From: an uncultured delta proteobacterium
Lineage (GTDB): Bacteria > Desulfobacterota > Binatia > Binatales > Binataceae
Assembly (NCBI GenBank): GCA_963842085.1
Contig: CAWJET010000002.1
Coordinates: 544,001 to 608,000, forward strand
DNA: 64,000 nucleotides
Reading direction: 5' to 3'
Positions 1 to 8,931 of this stretch are shown here, one piece after another (position 1 is the first letter of the stretch; each line of letters opens with the position of its first letter). Both the position numbers and the translations under genes were made by a program. The notes beneath the pieces are model-generated. The model was not told where the DNA came from, did no database searches, and was given only the letters and a program-made list of their open reading frames with translations.

Positions 1-638
1 GCCACCAGCACTACATCCGCCATCGCGATGAACAACCCGGTGCCGACCACGCCCGGAATCGCGAGCAGCTCGCGCTCCAGCCGCGCCGGATTCGCAATCT
101 TCTTCACCGCGCAATCGAGAATCAAGTTGCCGTTGTCGGTCACGAACTGTTCACCATAGTCTTCGCGAACGCGAGGCTTCATCCCCATCGCTCTGATCTT
201 CGCACTTACAAGCGGCACCCCAAACGGCACCACCTCGACCGGGATGCTCCCGCGGTCTCCTAATTTCTTCACCAGCTTCTCGTAGCCGACCAGCACGACG
301 AACCGCCGCGACGACGCCGCGACGATTTTCTCGCGCACCAGCGCCCCGCCGTATCCCTTGATCAGATTAAGCCGCGGATCGACCTCGTCAGCGCCGTCGA
401 AGTCGGTGTCGATCTTCCCCGCTTCCGCCAGCGTGACGATCGGTATCCCCACCGAGCGCCCCAACTCCTCGCTGGCCTTCGAGGTAGGCACGCCGCGCAC
501 GTCGATCCTGCTGGCTCCCAGAGCCCGAATGAACGCACTGGCCGCCCGCCCCGTCCCAAGCCCAACCGTATGCCCCGGCTTGACGTAGCGAAGCGCATAT
601 TGCCCCAGAGCCTCCAGCGCCGCATCGTCAGCCGCCAT
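1..638 (-). CDS. rpiA: Ribose-5-phosphate isomerase A (3' end runs off the window)
   Basis: Manual translation from ATG at 638: MAADDAALEALG...VGLGTGRAA...DGADEVDPRLNLIKGYGGALVREKIVA, containing the RpiA signature motifs. Not in the ORF track because it is truncated. Confidence 0.95.
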   Translation of the reverse strand, partial: MAADDAALEALGQYALRYVKPGHTVGLGTGRAASAFIRALGASRIDVRGVPTSKASEELGRSVGIPIVTLAEAGKIDTDFDGADEVDPRLNLIKGYGGALVREKIVAASSRRFVVLVGYEKLVKKLGDRGSIPVEVVPFGVPLVSAKIRAMGMKPRVREDYGEQFVTDNGNLILDCAVKKIANPARLERELLAIPGVVGTGLFIAMADVVLV

Positions 639-757
639 CAGAATTGTTCCTTGGAGCGTGCATCACCAACGCACGGACGCAGCCCGCTTCGACTTCGCTT
701 AGGGCGCGCTGCGCCGAGTTGCTCGGATTCGCGTTTCGTTCTCCTGAACTAAAGTAC

Positions 758-773
758 CGTTTCACGTGAAACA
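758..773. promoter_or_regulatory. parS centromere-like site
   Basis: CGTTTCACGTGAAACA, a 15/16 match to the consensus TGTTTCACGTGAAACA, in the folE-rpiA intergenic region. Confidence 0.8.
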
Positions 774-838
774 TTTTCGCCAGGAAAGCCCAGCAAATGA
801 AACCTGTTTTCAAAGAAAAAAGCGAAACTCGCGGCGCA

Positions 839-1498
839 TTACGGCTTGCCATTGCGCAGCAATTGCATGAATTCCTGGCGCGTCTCCGTGTTGGTGCGGA
901 ACACGCCCAGCATCGCCGACGTCGTGACGTAGGAATTCTGCTTCTCGACTCCGCGCATCCGCATGCACAGATGCTCGGCCTCGAGCACCACCGCGACTCC
1001 GAGCGGATCGATCTCCGACATCAACGTCTGCGCTATCTGCGTCGTCAGCCGCTCCTGTACTTGCAGGCGCCGCGCGTAGATCTCGACCATCCGCGCCAGC
1101 TTCGAGATTCCGACAATCTTGCGATTAGGCAGGTACGCAACGTGCGCCTTGCCCATGAACGGCAGCAGATGGTGCTCGCACAGCGAGTAGAAATCCAAAT
1201 CCTTGCACAGGATCATTTCCTGGTAGTCTTCTTCGGCAAACAGCGCGCCGTTGATCGCTTCCTTGGGATCCTTGGCGTAGCCGCTGGTCAGGAACTCGTA
1301 CGCGCCGGCGACTCGCGCCGGCGTGCGCTTCAGGCCGTCGCGCTCCGGGTCCTCGCCGATATGGCGCAGGATAACGCGGACCGCTTCTTCGACTTTGCCG
1401 CGGCCATTGGCTTTGTCGCGGGCGCTCGTTTCGACCCCCGCTTTTTGAGCGACCCGCTCTGCGCCGTTCTTGGAACCATTTGCCTGCGTTCGGTTCAT
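839..1498 (-). CDS. folE: GTP cyclohydrolase I
   Basis: GEDPEREGL-like [40 protein letters not shown] and HLCMRMRGV motifs. Confidence 0.97.
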   Translation of the reverse strand: MNRTQANGSKNGAERVAQKAGVETSARDKANGRGKVEEAVRVILRHIGEDPERDGLKRTPARVAGAYEFLTSGYAKDPKEAINGALFAEEDYQEMILCKDLDFYSLCEHHLLPFMGKAHVAYLPNRKIVGISKLARMVEIYARRLQVQERLTTQIAQTLMSEIDPLGVAVVLEAEHLCMRMRGVEKQNSYVTTSAMLGVFRTNTETRQEFMQLLRNGKP

Positions 1499-2397
1499 GT
1501 ACCGGTCTCCTTGCGCCAGCGGCTGAACTGAAGCGCCAGCTCGATTGCGAGCGACGGGCCGCCGCCGCTCATGATGATGAACCCCGCCGCGTCGCGAGCC
1601 AACGACTTCATCAGCGCCAGGTTCTCGCGGAGCGAGACCGCGCGCACCTCTTCTTCGCTCATCCCGCCGAATCTGTCCAGATGGCTCCGCGCGCCGCTGA
1701 GATCCTTCACCCGGTCGATCAGGTAGGTGGCCATCGCCGCGCGCTTGACCGGCAGGATTCCGAGCATCGTTCTGATTCCCAGGCTGTTGGCCTTCGCGAT
1801 AAAGCGCCGCCCGGTCTCGGCGTCGAACACCGGCTGCGTGATCACGAAGCGCGCGCCGGCGGCAGCCTTGCGCGCGAGCAGCTCGAACTCGCGCTCGATA
1901 TTCTTTCGATTTGGATTCGCGACCGCACCGGCGACGATTGACGGGAGTGTCTTGAGCAGCGCCTTGCCCTCGCCCGTGTCACCGCGATTCAAGGCGCCGA
2001 CTATCGCGAGCAATCCGTAGGCGTCGATATCGTGCGAGACAACGACGTTGCCGTCGGCGCCGGGGGGAAGCTTGTCGCCGTTGAGCGCGACTATCGCGTC
2101 GATTTCAATCGCCGCCGCGCCGAGCAGATCGGATTTCAGCGCGAAGCGGTTGCGGTCGCGGCACGACATATTCAGCACGACCGGGATTTTCAAGCGCTCC
2201 TTGATCGCCGCGCCGAAAACCAGCCCCGACATTTTCACCTTGCCCAGCGCGTTGTCGGTCAGGTTGATCGCGTCGACCTGCCCCTTAAGCGCGCCAAGGC
2301 GGCGAATCAGCGGCGCCGGATTGATTCCGCGCGGGGGCGAGACTTCGAGCCACAGCGCGGGCGCGGCGGCGTTGAGGCTGTCGAGGATTGAAGGCAA
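1495..2397 (-). CDS. metF: Methylenetetrahydrofolate reductase family protein
   Basis: [40 protein letters not shown] and GILP motifs; 4-nt overlap with folE. Confidence 0.8.
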   Translation of the reverse strand: MPSILDSLNAAAPALWLEVSPPRGINPAPLIRRLGALKGQVDAINLTDNALGKVKMSGLVFGAAIKERLKIPVVLNMSCRDRNRFALKSDLLGAAAIEIDAIVALNGDKLPPGADGNVVVSHDIDAYGLLAIVGALNRGDTGEGKALLKTLPSIVAGAVANPNRKNIEREFELLARKAAAGARFVITQPVFDAETGRRFIAKANSLGIRTMLGILPVKRAAMATYLIDRVKDLSGARSHLDRFGGMSEEEVRAVSLRENLALMKSLARDAAGFIIMSGGGPSLAIELALQFSRWRKETGT

Positions 2398-2434
2398 CGG
2401 ATTGCTCCGCGGATGCGCGGGTCAGGCGGCGAAC

Positions 2435-3469
2435 TCACGCCTGGCGGCGCTCGGTCGCTTTGACCTTCTGGTATTTGCGGTAGTCGTATCCCGTCGCCAT
2501 CGCCATCAGCAGCGGCTCCATTCCGCCCTCGCGCTCGCGGCGCAGCACCCGCAGCCGGTCGAAGAACTCGCGGAAGTCCTTGTCCACGCGATTCTTCCCG
2601 TCCACCGGCGACAGAAAGAAATCGTGCAGGCGCGTCACCGTGAAGCGCAGCGACGAAAACCGCAGCTCGTTGGGAAACGCGTCCCACTCCGCCAGCGACA
2701 GCGTCCGCACCGACTCGTAGCCCGACAGCAGGTAGCGGAACCGGTCGAGCGAGTACGCGCCATCGACGAAGCAGAGCGCGTTGACCGCGGTCGCGATATC
2801 GAAAATGAACTTGCCGCGGCAGGCGGCGTCGAAATCCAGCATCGCCGTCAGCTTCTCGCCGCGGAACAGCAGGTTGTCCGCGAAGATGTCGCCGTGGATC
2901 ACGCCCTTGGGCAGCTTGCCCTCGAGGTAGCGCGTCAGGTACTCGACCTCGTCGTCGAGCGTGCGGCAAATCTTGCGGAAGTAGTTCGGCAGCCGGTTGC
3001 GCACGGTCAGGTACAGGTCGGCGATTCGCTCGAAGCTGAACCGGTTGTCAATTCCCTTCTTGTAGGCCTTGCCGATCACGTGCAGGTCGCCGAGGGCGCG
3101 GCCGATCGTTTCGAGCTGGCTCGGCTTCAGGCGCGCCGGCGCCAGCACCTTGCCCTCCTGGTACTTGAACAGCGACACGCACCGGTTGTTGAAGTTGCGG
3201 TAGAAGCGGCCCATCCGATCCTGCATCGGATGCGGGCACGGGAAGGCGTGCTTGCGCAGAAACGACAGCAAATCGATCTCGCGCTTCAGCTCGTTCTCGC
3301 TCTTGACCTCGTCCACCCTGAGCAGGAATTTGCCCTTGGCCGCCTCCAGCACGTAGTTGGTGTTGACCGATCCTTCCGGAATTCCGGTCGCGCTGCTGAC
3401 GCGGCCGAGACCGTAGTCGTCGGCGAGTTCCTTGAGAAACGGTTTGCTTAACTCGGTGTAAACGGCCAT
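2435..3469 (-). CDS. thrB: Homoserine kinase type II (APH/phosphotransferase fold)
   Basis: MAVYT N-terminus, GIPEGSVNTNY, GVIHGDIFADN, LDFD and LRFTVTRLHD motifs; start moved to MAVYT. Confidence 0.85.
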   Translation of the reverse strand: MAVYTELSKPFLKELADDYGLGRVSSATGIPEGSVNTNYVLEAAKGKFLLRVDEVKSENELKREIDLLSFLRKHAFPCPHPMQDRMGRFYRNFNNRCVSLFKYQEGKVLAPARLKPSQLETIGRALGDLHVIGKAYKKGIDNRFSFERIADLYLTVRNRLPNYFRKICRTLDDEVEYLTRYLEGKLPKGVIHGDIFADNLLFRGEKLTAMLDFDAACRGKFIFDIATAVNALCFVDGAYSLDRFRYLLSGYESVRTLSLAEWDAFPNELRFSSLRFTVTRLHDFFLSPVDGKNRVDKDFREFFDRLRVLRREREGGMEPLLMAMATGYDYRKYQKVKATERRQA

Positions 3470-3633
3470 GGGGACGTGCAATCGATCGAGAGGACTGTCA
3501 GCCCGCCAAGTCTAGGGCGTGACTGGCACCTCGTCAACTAGGGGTGACGAAACCCTTGTAAAATAGGGGTTTCGTGAATTCGCAAAATTCTCGCGCGGCG
3601 GCCGAATTTGCTTCAAGCATCGGCCACGACTAA

Positions 3634-4182
3634 ATGAATCCCATGCCGACATCTAAAAAAAATGCCGCCAAAACTCCGAAGAAGCCCGCAACCTCGCCCT
3701 CCAGCAGCGCCAGCGCCGCGCTCGAAGGAAAGAAGGCGCCCGCCTTCGAGCTGTTCGACCCCGGCGGAAAAACCGTCGCGCTCAAGGATCTGATCGGCGC
3801 GAACAATCTCGTGCTGTACTTCTATCCCAAGGACATGACCCCCGGATGCACGATCGAGGCGTGCAGCTTCCGCGACAACATCGCGCCAATCAAAAAGCTC
3901 GGCGCCAAAGTCGTCGGCATCAGCGCCGACTCGACCGATTCGCACGGCAAGTTCATCGCCAGGCACGAGCTCAACTTCCCGCTGCTCGCCGATCCCGGCA
4001 ACAAGGTCTGCAAGCTCTACGGCGTGTACAAGATGAAGTCGCTGTACGGGCGCCAGTTCATGGGCACCGAGCGCACCACGTTCATCATCGACAAGGCGGG
4101 CGTCGTGCGCCGCGTCTTCCCCAAGGTGAAGGTAAGCGGCCACACCCAAGAAGTGCTCGAGGCGCTGAAGGAGATCGCGTAG
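3634..4182 (+). CDS. bcp: Peroxiredoxin Q / Bcp
   Basis: LYFYPKDMTPGCTIEACSFRD (CxxxxC) and ERTTFIID motifs. Confidence 0.93.
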   Translation: MNPMPTSKKNAAKTPKKPATSPSSSASAALEGKKAPAFELFDPGGKTVALKDLIGANNLVLYFYPKDMTPGCTIEACSFRDNIAPIKKLGAKVVGISADSTDSHGKFIARHELNFPLLADPGNKVCKLYGVYKMKSLYGRQFMGTERTTFIIDKAGVVRRVFPKVKVSGHTQEVLEALKEIA

Positions 4183-4186
4183 CCGC

Positions 4187-5095
4187 TTACGATGCGGCGG
4201 CGCTGTTCGTACCGAGCAGGTTGTCGCGTAGAAATGCGCGCAGTTCGGGCTCGACGCGTTTGCCGAGATCGTGCGACGCCAGCGGGAAATAGCGGGTCTC
4301 GACTTTCGCGCCGCGCTCGCGCAATGCGTCCGCGAGTTTCACCGCCTGCTCGACCGGAATCCGATTGTCCTGCTGGCCGTGCATGATCAGCACGCTGCAT
4401 TCGAGCTTCGGCGGCAGATGCGCGATCACGCTGCGCTCCTTCAGGATGCGCTTGCTCGGCCATACTTCGCGCAGGATCGACAGCTTGGTGCGCAGCGGCG
4501 CTTCCGGCCACAGCGACAGCGGGTCGTAGCATCCCGATTCCAGGATCAGCGCGCGCGGGCGCGAGTCGTAGTCCATCAGCAGGCCCGCCGCGACTGCGCC
4601 GCGCCCAAGTCCCCACACCGCCAGCCGGGTCGCATCGACGTCCGCGCGCCCCGCCAGGATGTCCAGCGCACGGCGCGACGCCACCACCGACGGCTGCCCC
4701 ACGAAGCGGCTCGGCCCCGACGAATTGCCGTAGCCGGGAATACTCACGCACGCGACCTGGATGCCCATCGCGGCGATTCCCTGGCTCATCTGCACGCACC
4801 GGTCCACGTTGCCCTCGCCGCCGTTGAGCACCAGCAGCCCGGGCCGCCGTCCATTCTCAGCGCTGCGCGTCAGGTAGCCCTCGATATGGTAATTCTTCGG
4901 GCCGACCGCCACATCGAAGTTGAATTGATCGACGTTCTTGTAGTTCGACGCGATCGATTTACCGGGAATCCGGCAGGCGATAAGCGACGTCGCGAGCACA
5001 AGCGCGACAATCCAAACTCTGTCAAATGGTTTTGTCGGGAGCGGATGCATCTTTGAAATTGAGCGAGCGGATGGGCCGGCCAGGGCCTCTGACAT
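4187..5095 (-). CDS. Exported S9-like alpha/beta-hydrolase-fold protein, nucleophile Ser replaced by Gly
   Basis: N-terminal hydrophobic segment ending in ..LIAC; PGYGNSSG; elbow WGLGRGA; LIMHGQQD; ASHD. Start uncertain (5050, 5095 or 5143). Confidence 0.8.
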   Translation of the reverse strand: MSEALAGPSARSISKMHPLPTKPFDRVWIVALVLATSLIACRIPGKSIASNYKNVDQFNFDVAVGPKNYHIEGYLTRSAENGRRPGLLVLNGGEGNVDRCVQMSQGIAAMGIQVACVSIPGYGNSSGPSRFVGQPSVVASRRALDILAGRADVDATRLAVWGLGRGAVAAGLLMDYDSRPRALILESGCYDPLSLWPEAPLRTKLSILREVWPSKRILKERSVIAHLPPKLECSVLIMHGQQDNRIPVEQAVKLADALRERGAKVETRYFPLASHDLGKRVEPELRAFLRDNLLGTNSAAAS

Positions 5096-5252
5096 CGCCC
5101 CGTAATCTACACGCGTTGTCGCCAATTGAAAACAGTTTGCCAATCCGAGGCGACCCCGTGGCGAACCTGCACGTTGAATCGCGCCCGGGTTTCGCCGATA
5201 CTTCTTGATTCACAAGCGCAATTTGTTTTCACGGGCGCAAATTGAATTTTCG

Positions 5253-5705
5253 ATGGCGGCGACGGCAATGCAGGCAGACAAGGCGGCTCAAGCTTCGGCG
5301 GCAATTGATTTCGACAAAAGCGGCGGCGTCGTCGCCGCGATCGCCGTCGACCACCTGAGTCATCGCGTGCTGATGGTCGCCTATATGAACCGCGAAGCCT
5401 TCGACGAGACGGTCGCCACCGGCCGCGCCTGCTACTTCTCGCGCTCGCGCAACCAGCTCTGGCGCAAGGGCGAGGAGTCGGGAAATTTTCAAATCGTGCA
5501 CGAGATTCGTCTCGATTGCGACGGCGACGCAATCGTGGTCGCCGTCGAGCAGCGCGGCGACGGGGCCGCATGCCACGAGGGCTACGAGTCGTGCTTCTTC
5601 CGCAAGCTCGATGCCGGCGCATGGAAAATCGTCGAGCAGCGCAAGGTCGATCCCGCCAAGTACGGCCCCAACTACGGGCATCAGCCGAAGAAGCCGGCCG
5701 GTTAA
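5253..5705 (+). CDS. hisI: Phosphoribosyl-AMP cyclohydrolase
   Basis: [31 protein letters not shown] and [12 protein letters not shown] motifs. Confidence 0.96.
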   Translation: MAATAMQADKAAQASAAIDFDKSGGVVAAIAVDHLSHRVLMVAYMNREAFDETVATGRACYFSRSRNQLWRKGEESGNFQIVHEIRLDCDGDAIVVAVEQRGDGAACHEGYESCFFRKLDAGAWKIVEQRKVDPAKYGPNYGHQPKKPAG

Positions 5706-5711
5706 TCGCAC

Positions 5712-6611
5712 ATGGCTGATCGAGTTCTGAAATTCGGCATCCCCAAGGGCAGCCTCGAGGAGCAGACCCTCGAGCTGATGCGCAAGTCCGGCTGGCGCAT
5801 CACGGTCGGCTCGCGCTCTTACATCCCGACCACCGACGACGCGACGCTGAGCTGCCGCATCCTGCGCCCGCAGGAAATGCCGCGCTATATCGCCGACGGC
5901 TCGCTCGACGCGGGCATCACGGGCAGCGACTGGATCGTCGAGAACCACGTGACGCTGCAGCCGGTCGAGAGCTTCATCTACGCCAAGGCGACGCTGACGC
6001 CCTCGCGATGGGTGCTATGCGTGCGCAACGACTCGCCGGTCAAGCGGCTCGAGGATCTCGAGGGCAAGCGCATCGCGACCGAGCTGGTGCAGTTCGTCAC
6101 GCGAATTCTGGCCGAGCGCAAAGTCAAAGCGGAAGTCGAATTCTCATGGGGCGCGACCGAGGCCAAGGTCGCCGAAGGCATCATCGACGCCGCCATCGAC
6201 GTGACCGAGACCGGCTCGTCGCTGCGCGCCAACGGACTGCGCATCGTCGAGGAGTTGCTGGTCTCGAATCCGGTGCTGGTGGCCAATCCGGCAGCATGGG
6301 CCGACCCGTGGAAGCAGGCCAAGATTCGCCAGCTCGGGATCCTGATTCGGGGCGCGCTCGACGCCGAAAATCGCGTCGGTATCAAGATGAACGTGGCCAA
6401 GGACAACCTCGAAAAAGTAATCGCGCTGCTGCCGTCGATCACCGCGCCGACCATTTCGCACCTCTACCAGAGCCCCGCGCTGAAAGGCGTCGAATGGCTG
6501 GCGGTCGAGACCGTAATCGCCGAGCACACCGTGCGCGAACTGTTCCCCAAGCTGCTGGAAGCAGGCGCCGTAGGCATCGTCGAGTTCCCGCTGAACAAGA
6601 TCATCGGCTAG
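5712..6611 (+). CDS. hisG: ATP phosphoribosyltransferase, long form
   Basis: GIPKGSL, DAGITGSDW, SWGATE and DVTETGSSLRANGL motifs; C-terminal regulatory domain. Confidence 0.96.
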   Translation: MADRVLKFGIPKGSLEEQTLELMRKSGWRITVGSRSYIPTTDDATLSCRILRPQEMPRYIADGSLDAGITGSDWIVENHVTLQPVESFIYAKATLTPSRWVLCVRNDSPVKRLEDLEGKRIATELVQFVTRILAERKVKAEVEFSWGATEAKVAEGIIDAAIDVTETGSSLRANGLRIVEELLVSNPVLVANPAAWADPWKQAKIRQLGILIRGALDAENRVGIKMNVAKDNLEKVIALLPSITAPTISHLYQSPALKGVEWLAVETVIAEHTVRELFPKLLEAGAVGIVEFPLNKIIG

Positions 6612-6640
6612 GCGAGTCGCCGAAAGCGCCCGCTTTATTT

Positions 6641-6850
6641 TGTCATCCTGAGGAGGGCGAGCAAGGCGAGCCGAGGAAGGACCTCGGACAGCTTCGCGCT
6701 GGCGAAGCCGGTACCGGTTTTGCGTTGCTGCATCCGATCAGAATACCGAAGGACAGCTTCGCGATTTCGAAACCGGAACCGGCGGCGCTTACGCCCCGCT
6801 GTCCGAGATCCTTCGCTCCGCTCGCGCTGCTCGCTTCGTTCAGGATGACA
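6641..6850. repeat. REP/REPIN-like repeat family 1, inverted pair forming a ~210-bp hairpin
   Basis: TGTCATCCTGA (6641-6651) and TCAGGATGACA (6840-6850); internal GAAGGA.CTCGGACAGC / GCTGTCCGAGATCCTTC; homologous copies at 13656 and 25492. Confidence 0.85.
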
Positions 6851-6952
6851 GATATGCGTTGCCCGCTTGGCTCAGGAGTACACAATTTCGGTCTCTGGTT
6901 CTCGCCTCAACATTGTGGCACAACACAGTTACCCCACACGGAGGTTGCGATC

Positions 6953-7648
6953 ATGGGTCTGCCCAACGGAGTGCATCACCTCGCTATCTGCACCAAGGAC
7001 ATCAAAAAGCAAATCGACTACTTCTCTCAAGTCGTGGGAATGGAACTGGTCGCGCTCTACTGGATGCATGGCGTGGACAACACCTTCCACGGCTTCATGA
7101 AGCTGAGCGACAGCTCCTCGATCGCATTCGTGCAGCATCCCGAGGTCGCGAAGATTCAGCCGATCAAAGGCGTTTCGCATGCGGGGCACACCACGCAGAA
7201 CGTCGCACCCGGCGCGATGCAACATCTGGCGCTCAACGTCGACACCTACGCGGACCTGATGGCGATTCGCGACCGCGTCCGCTCGCACGGGCACTGGGTG
7301 ATGGGCCCGCTCGATCACGGTTTTTGCAAGTCGATCTACCTGGCTGCGCCGGAGGGAATCATGCTCGAGTTCTCGACCTCCGAGGGCGGCTCGATCGACG
7401 CCGAGTCATGGATCGATCCCGAAGTGCAGGCGCTGGCCGGAATCAGCGCGCACGAAGTCGAGAAGTACAAGCATCCCGCACCATTCGAATCGAAGGGCGG
7501 CAAGGTCGCGCAGCCCAAGCCGGATCCGTCGAAGCCGCTGATGGATTTTCCGCCCGACGATCGCATCTGGGCGATGAGCGACGAGGAAGTGACGCGGCGG
7601 ATGAGCAATACGACGCCGCCGGTGCAGAAGAAACCGAAGGCCGCGTAG
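6953..7648 (+). CDS. VOC (glyoxalase/dioxygenase) family protein
   Basis: GGAGG RBS; VHHLAI, MQHLALN and SIYLAAPEGIMLEF give H/H/E metal ligands; C-terminal part of track ORF 6008..7648. Confidence 0.88.
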   Translation: MGLPNGVHHLAICTKDIKKQIDYFSQVVGMELVALYWMHGVDNTFHGFMKLSDSSSIAFVQHPEVAKIQPIKGVSHAGHTTQNVAPGAMQHLALNVDTYADLMAIRDRVRSHGHWVMGPLDHGFCKSIYLAAPEGIMLEFSTSEGGSIDAESWIDPEVQALAGISAHEVEKYKHPAPFESKGGKVAQPKPDPSKPLMDFPPDDRIWAMSDEEVTRRMSNTTPPVQKKPKAA

Positions 7649-7680
7649 TCGAGTTTTGCGGGCGCGCTTTGTCCTGCTCC

Positions 7681-7872
7681 TAACCTCTCCTTGGACAAGA
7701 GAGCTTTGCATAACCTCGGCGCAGGCGTTCGGAGCAGAGGCAGAACTTTGAGTCGCGCGCGAAAAATGCGCGCTGGATAAGGACCCTCACCTTCATCCTC
7801 TCCCTTGCAGGGAGAGGGGAAGAACCGCGAGCTGGGCTATGTAAAGCTCTCTTGGACTTGGACAAGGAGAGG
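7681..7872. repeat. REP-like repeat family 2 (CCCTCACC...CTCTCCC..GGGAGAGG type)
   Basis: 7748-7820 matches the reverse complement of 58951-59007; flanked by imperfect inverted CCTCTCCTTGGACAAGAGAG-type arms. Confidence 0.7.
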
Positions 7873-7945
7873 GCACTGGATTCGGATCAATCATGCTCTA
7901 GGCGCCCTGTTCGCTTCGCAGACTCTGCTGCTATATGCGATTCCC

Positions 7946-8824
7946 ATGAAGACGCTCCGCACTGAGACGCGCAACGGCGTCGGCATCATCACTCTCACCC
8001 GCGCCGCCGAGTACAACACTATCACGCCCGAACTGCGCGACGAGCTTGGTGCCGCCATCGATCGCGCCGACGCCGACCGCGACGTCCACGTGATCCTGCT
8101 GCGCGCGGAAGGCCCGGCGTTCTGCGCCGGCTACGCACTGGAAAGCTCCACGCGTGCGCAAGCCGGTGAAGGTTCGCGCCGCCGCGTGTGGGACTCGGTC
8201 GCCGACTACGGCATGATCTCGCAATACGTCAACGTGTATATGAAGCTCTGGTACGCGCGAAAACCCACCATCGCCGCGGTCCACGGCTGGTGCATCGGCG
8301 GCGGCACCGACATGGTGCTATGCGCCGATCTGATAATCGCCGCCGAGTCGGCGTCGTTCGGCTATCCGCCGTCGCGCGTGTGGGGCACGCCGACCACTGC
8401 GATGTGGGTCTATCGGATGGGGCTCGAGCGCGCCAAGCGTTTCTTACTGACCGGTGATGAAATTCCCGCTGTGGAGGCGGCCAGGATCGGACTGATTCTC
8501 GAAACGGCACCCGACAACGAACTCGACGCGCGCGCGACTGCGCTGGCCGAGCGGATGGCGCAAGTGCCGACGAATCAGCTTCAGATGCTCAAGCTGCTGT
8601 GCAATCACACCGCCGAGAACATGGGCCTGGCGACGTCGCGGCTGATCGGCTCGCTGTTCGACGGAATCGCGCGGCATACGCAGGAAGGCCTCGATTTCGT
8701 CGCGCGCGCGCAGGCCGCAGGCTTTCGACAAGCAGTCCGCGAGCGCGACGATCCATTCGGCGACTACGGCTCCGGCCCGCGCTCGAAGAATCGAAAGAAG
8801 AAAAATGGCAAAAAGAAGACTTAA
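7946..8824 (+). CDS. Crotonase/enoyl-CoA hydratase family protein
   Basis: GPAFCAGY and KPTIAAVHGWCIGGG motifs; start reassigned to MKTLRTE. Confidence 0.9.
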   Translation: MKTLRTETRNGVGIITLTRAAEYNTITPELRDELGAAIDRADADRDVHVILLRAEGPAFCAGYALESSTRAQAGEGSRRRVWDSVADYGMISQYVNVYMKLWYARKPTIAAVHGWCIGGGTDMVLCADLIIAAESASFGYPPSRVWGTPTTAMWVYRMGLERAKRFLLTGDEIPAVEAARIGLILETAPDNELDARATALAERMAQVPTNQLQMLKLLCNHTAENMGLATSRLIGSLFDGIARHTQEGLDFVARAQAAGFRQAVRERDDPFGDYGSGPRSKNRKKKNGKKKT

Positions 8825-8863
8825 CTTGAATCGAAACCCACGGAGGGTTTCAAACTTCCTTCG

Positions 8864-8908
8864 GCAGGGGTGTCGCCACCGGCGCGGACCCCTGCACCCG
8901 GTGTTAAG
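8864..8908. repeat. Short palindromic repeat family 3
   Basis: GCAGGGGT...ACCCCTGC stem; 8887-8908 is a 21/22 match to the reverse complement of 35847-35868. Confidence 0.6.
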
Positions 8909-8931
8909 AAAAATTTCTATGAGGCCCGTCG

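Noticed and set aside
628-852. 74-aa ORF between folE and rpiA
   Set aside because: Its MFHVK segment is simply the parS palindrome translated; poor codon bias
6008-6952. 546-aa ORF as a long fusion protein
   Set aside because: The N-terminal part is an off-frame read of hisG and the repeat; the real gene starts at 6953 with a GGAGG RBS
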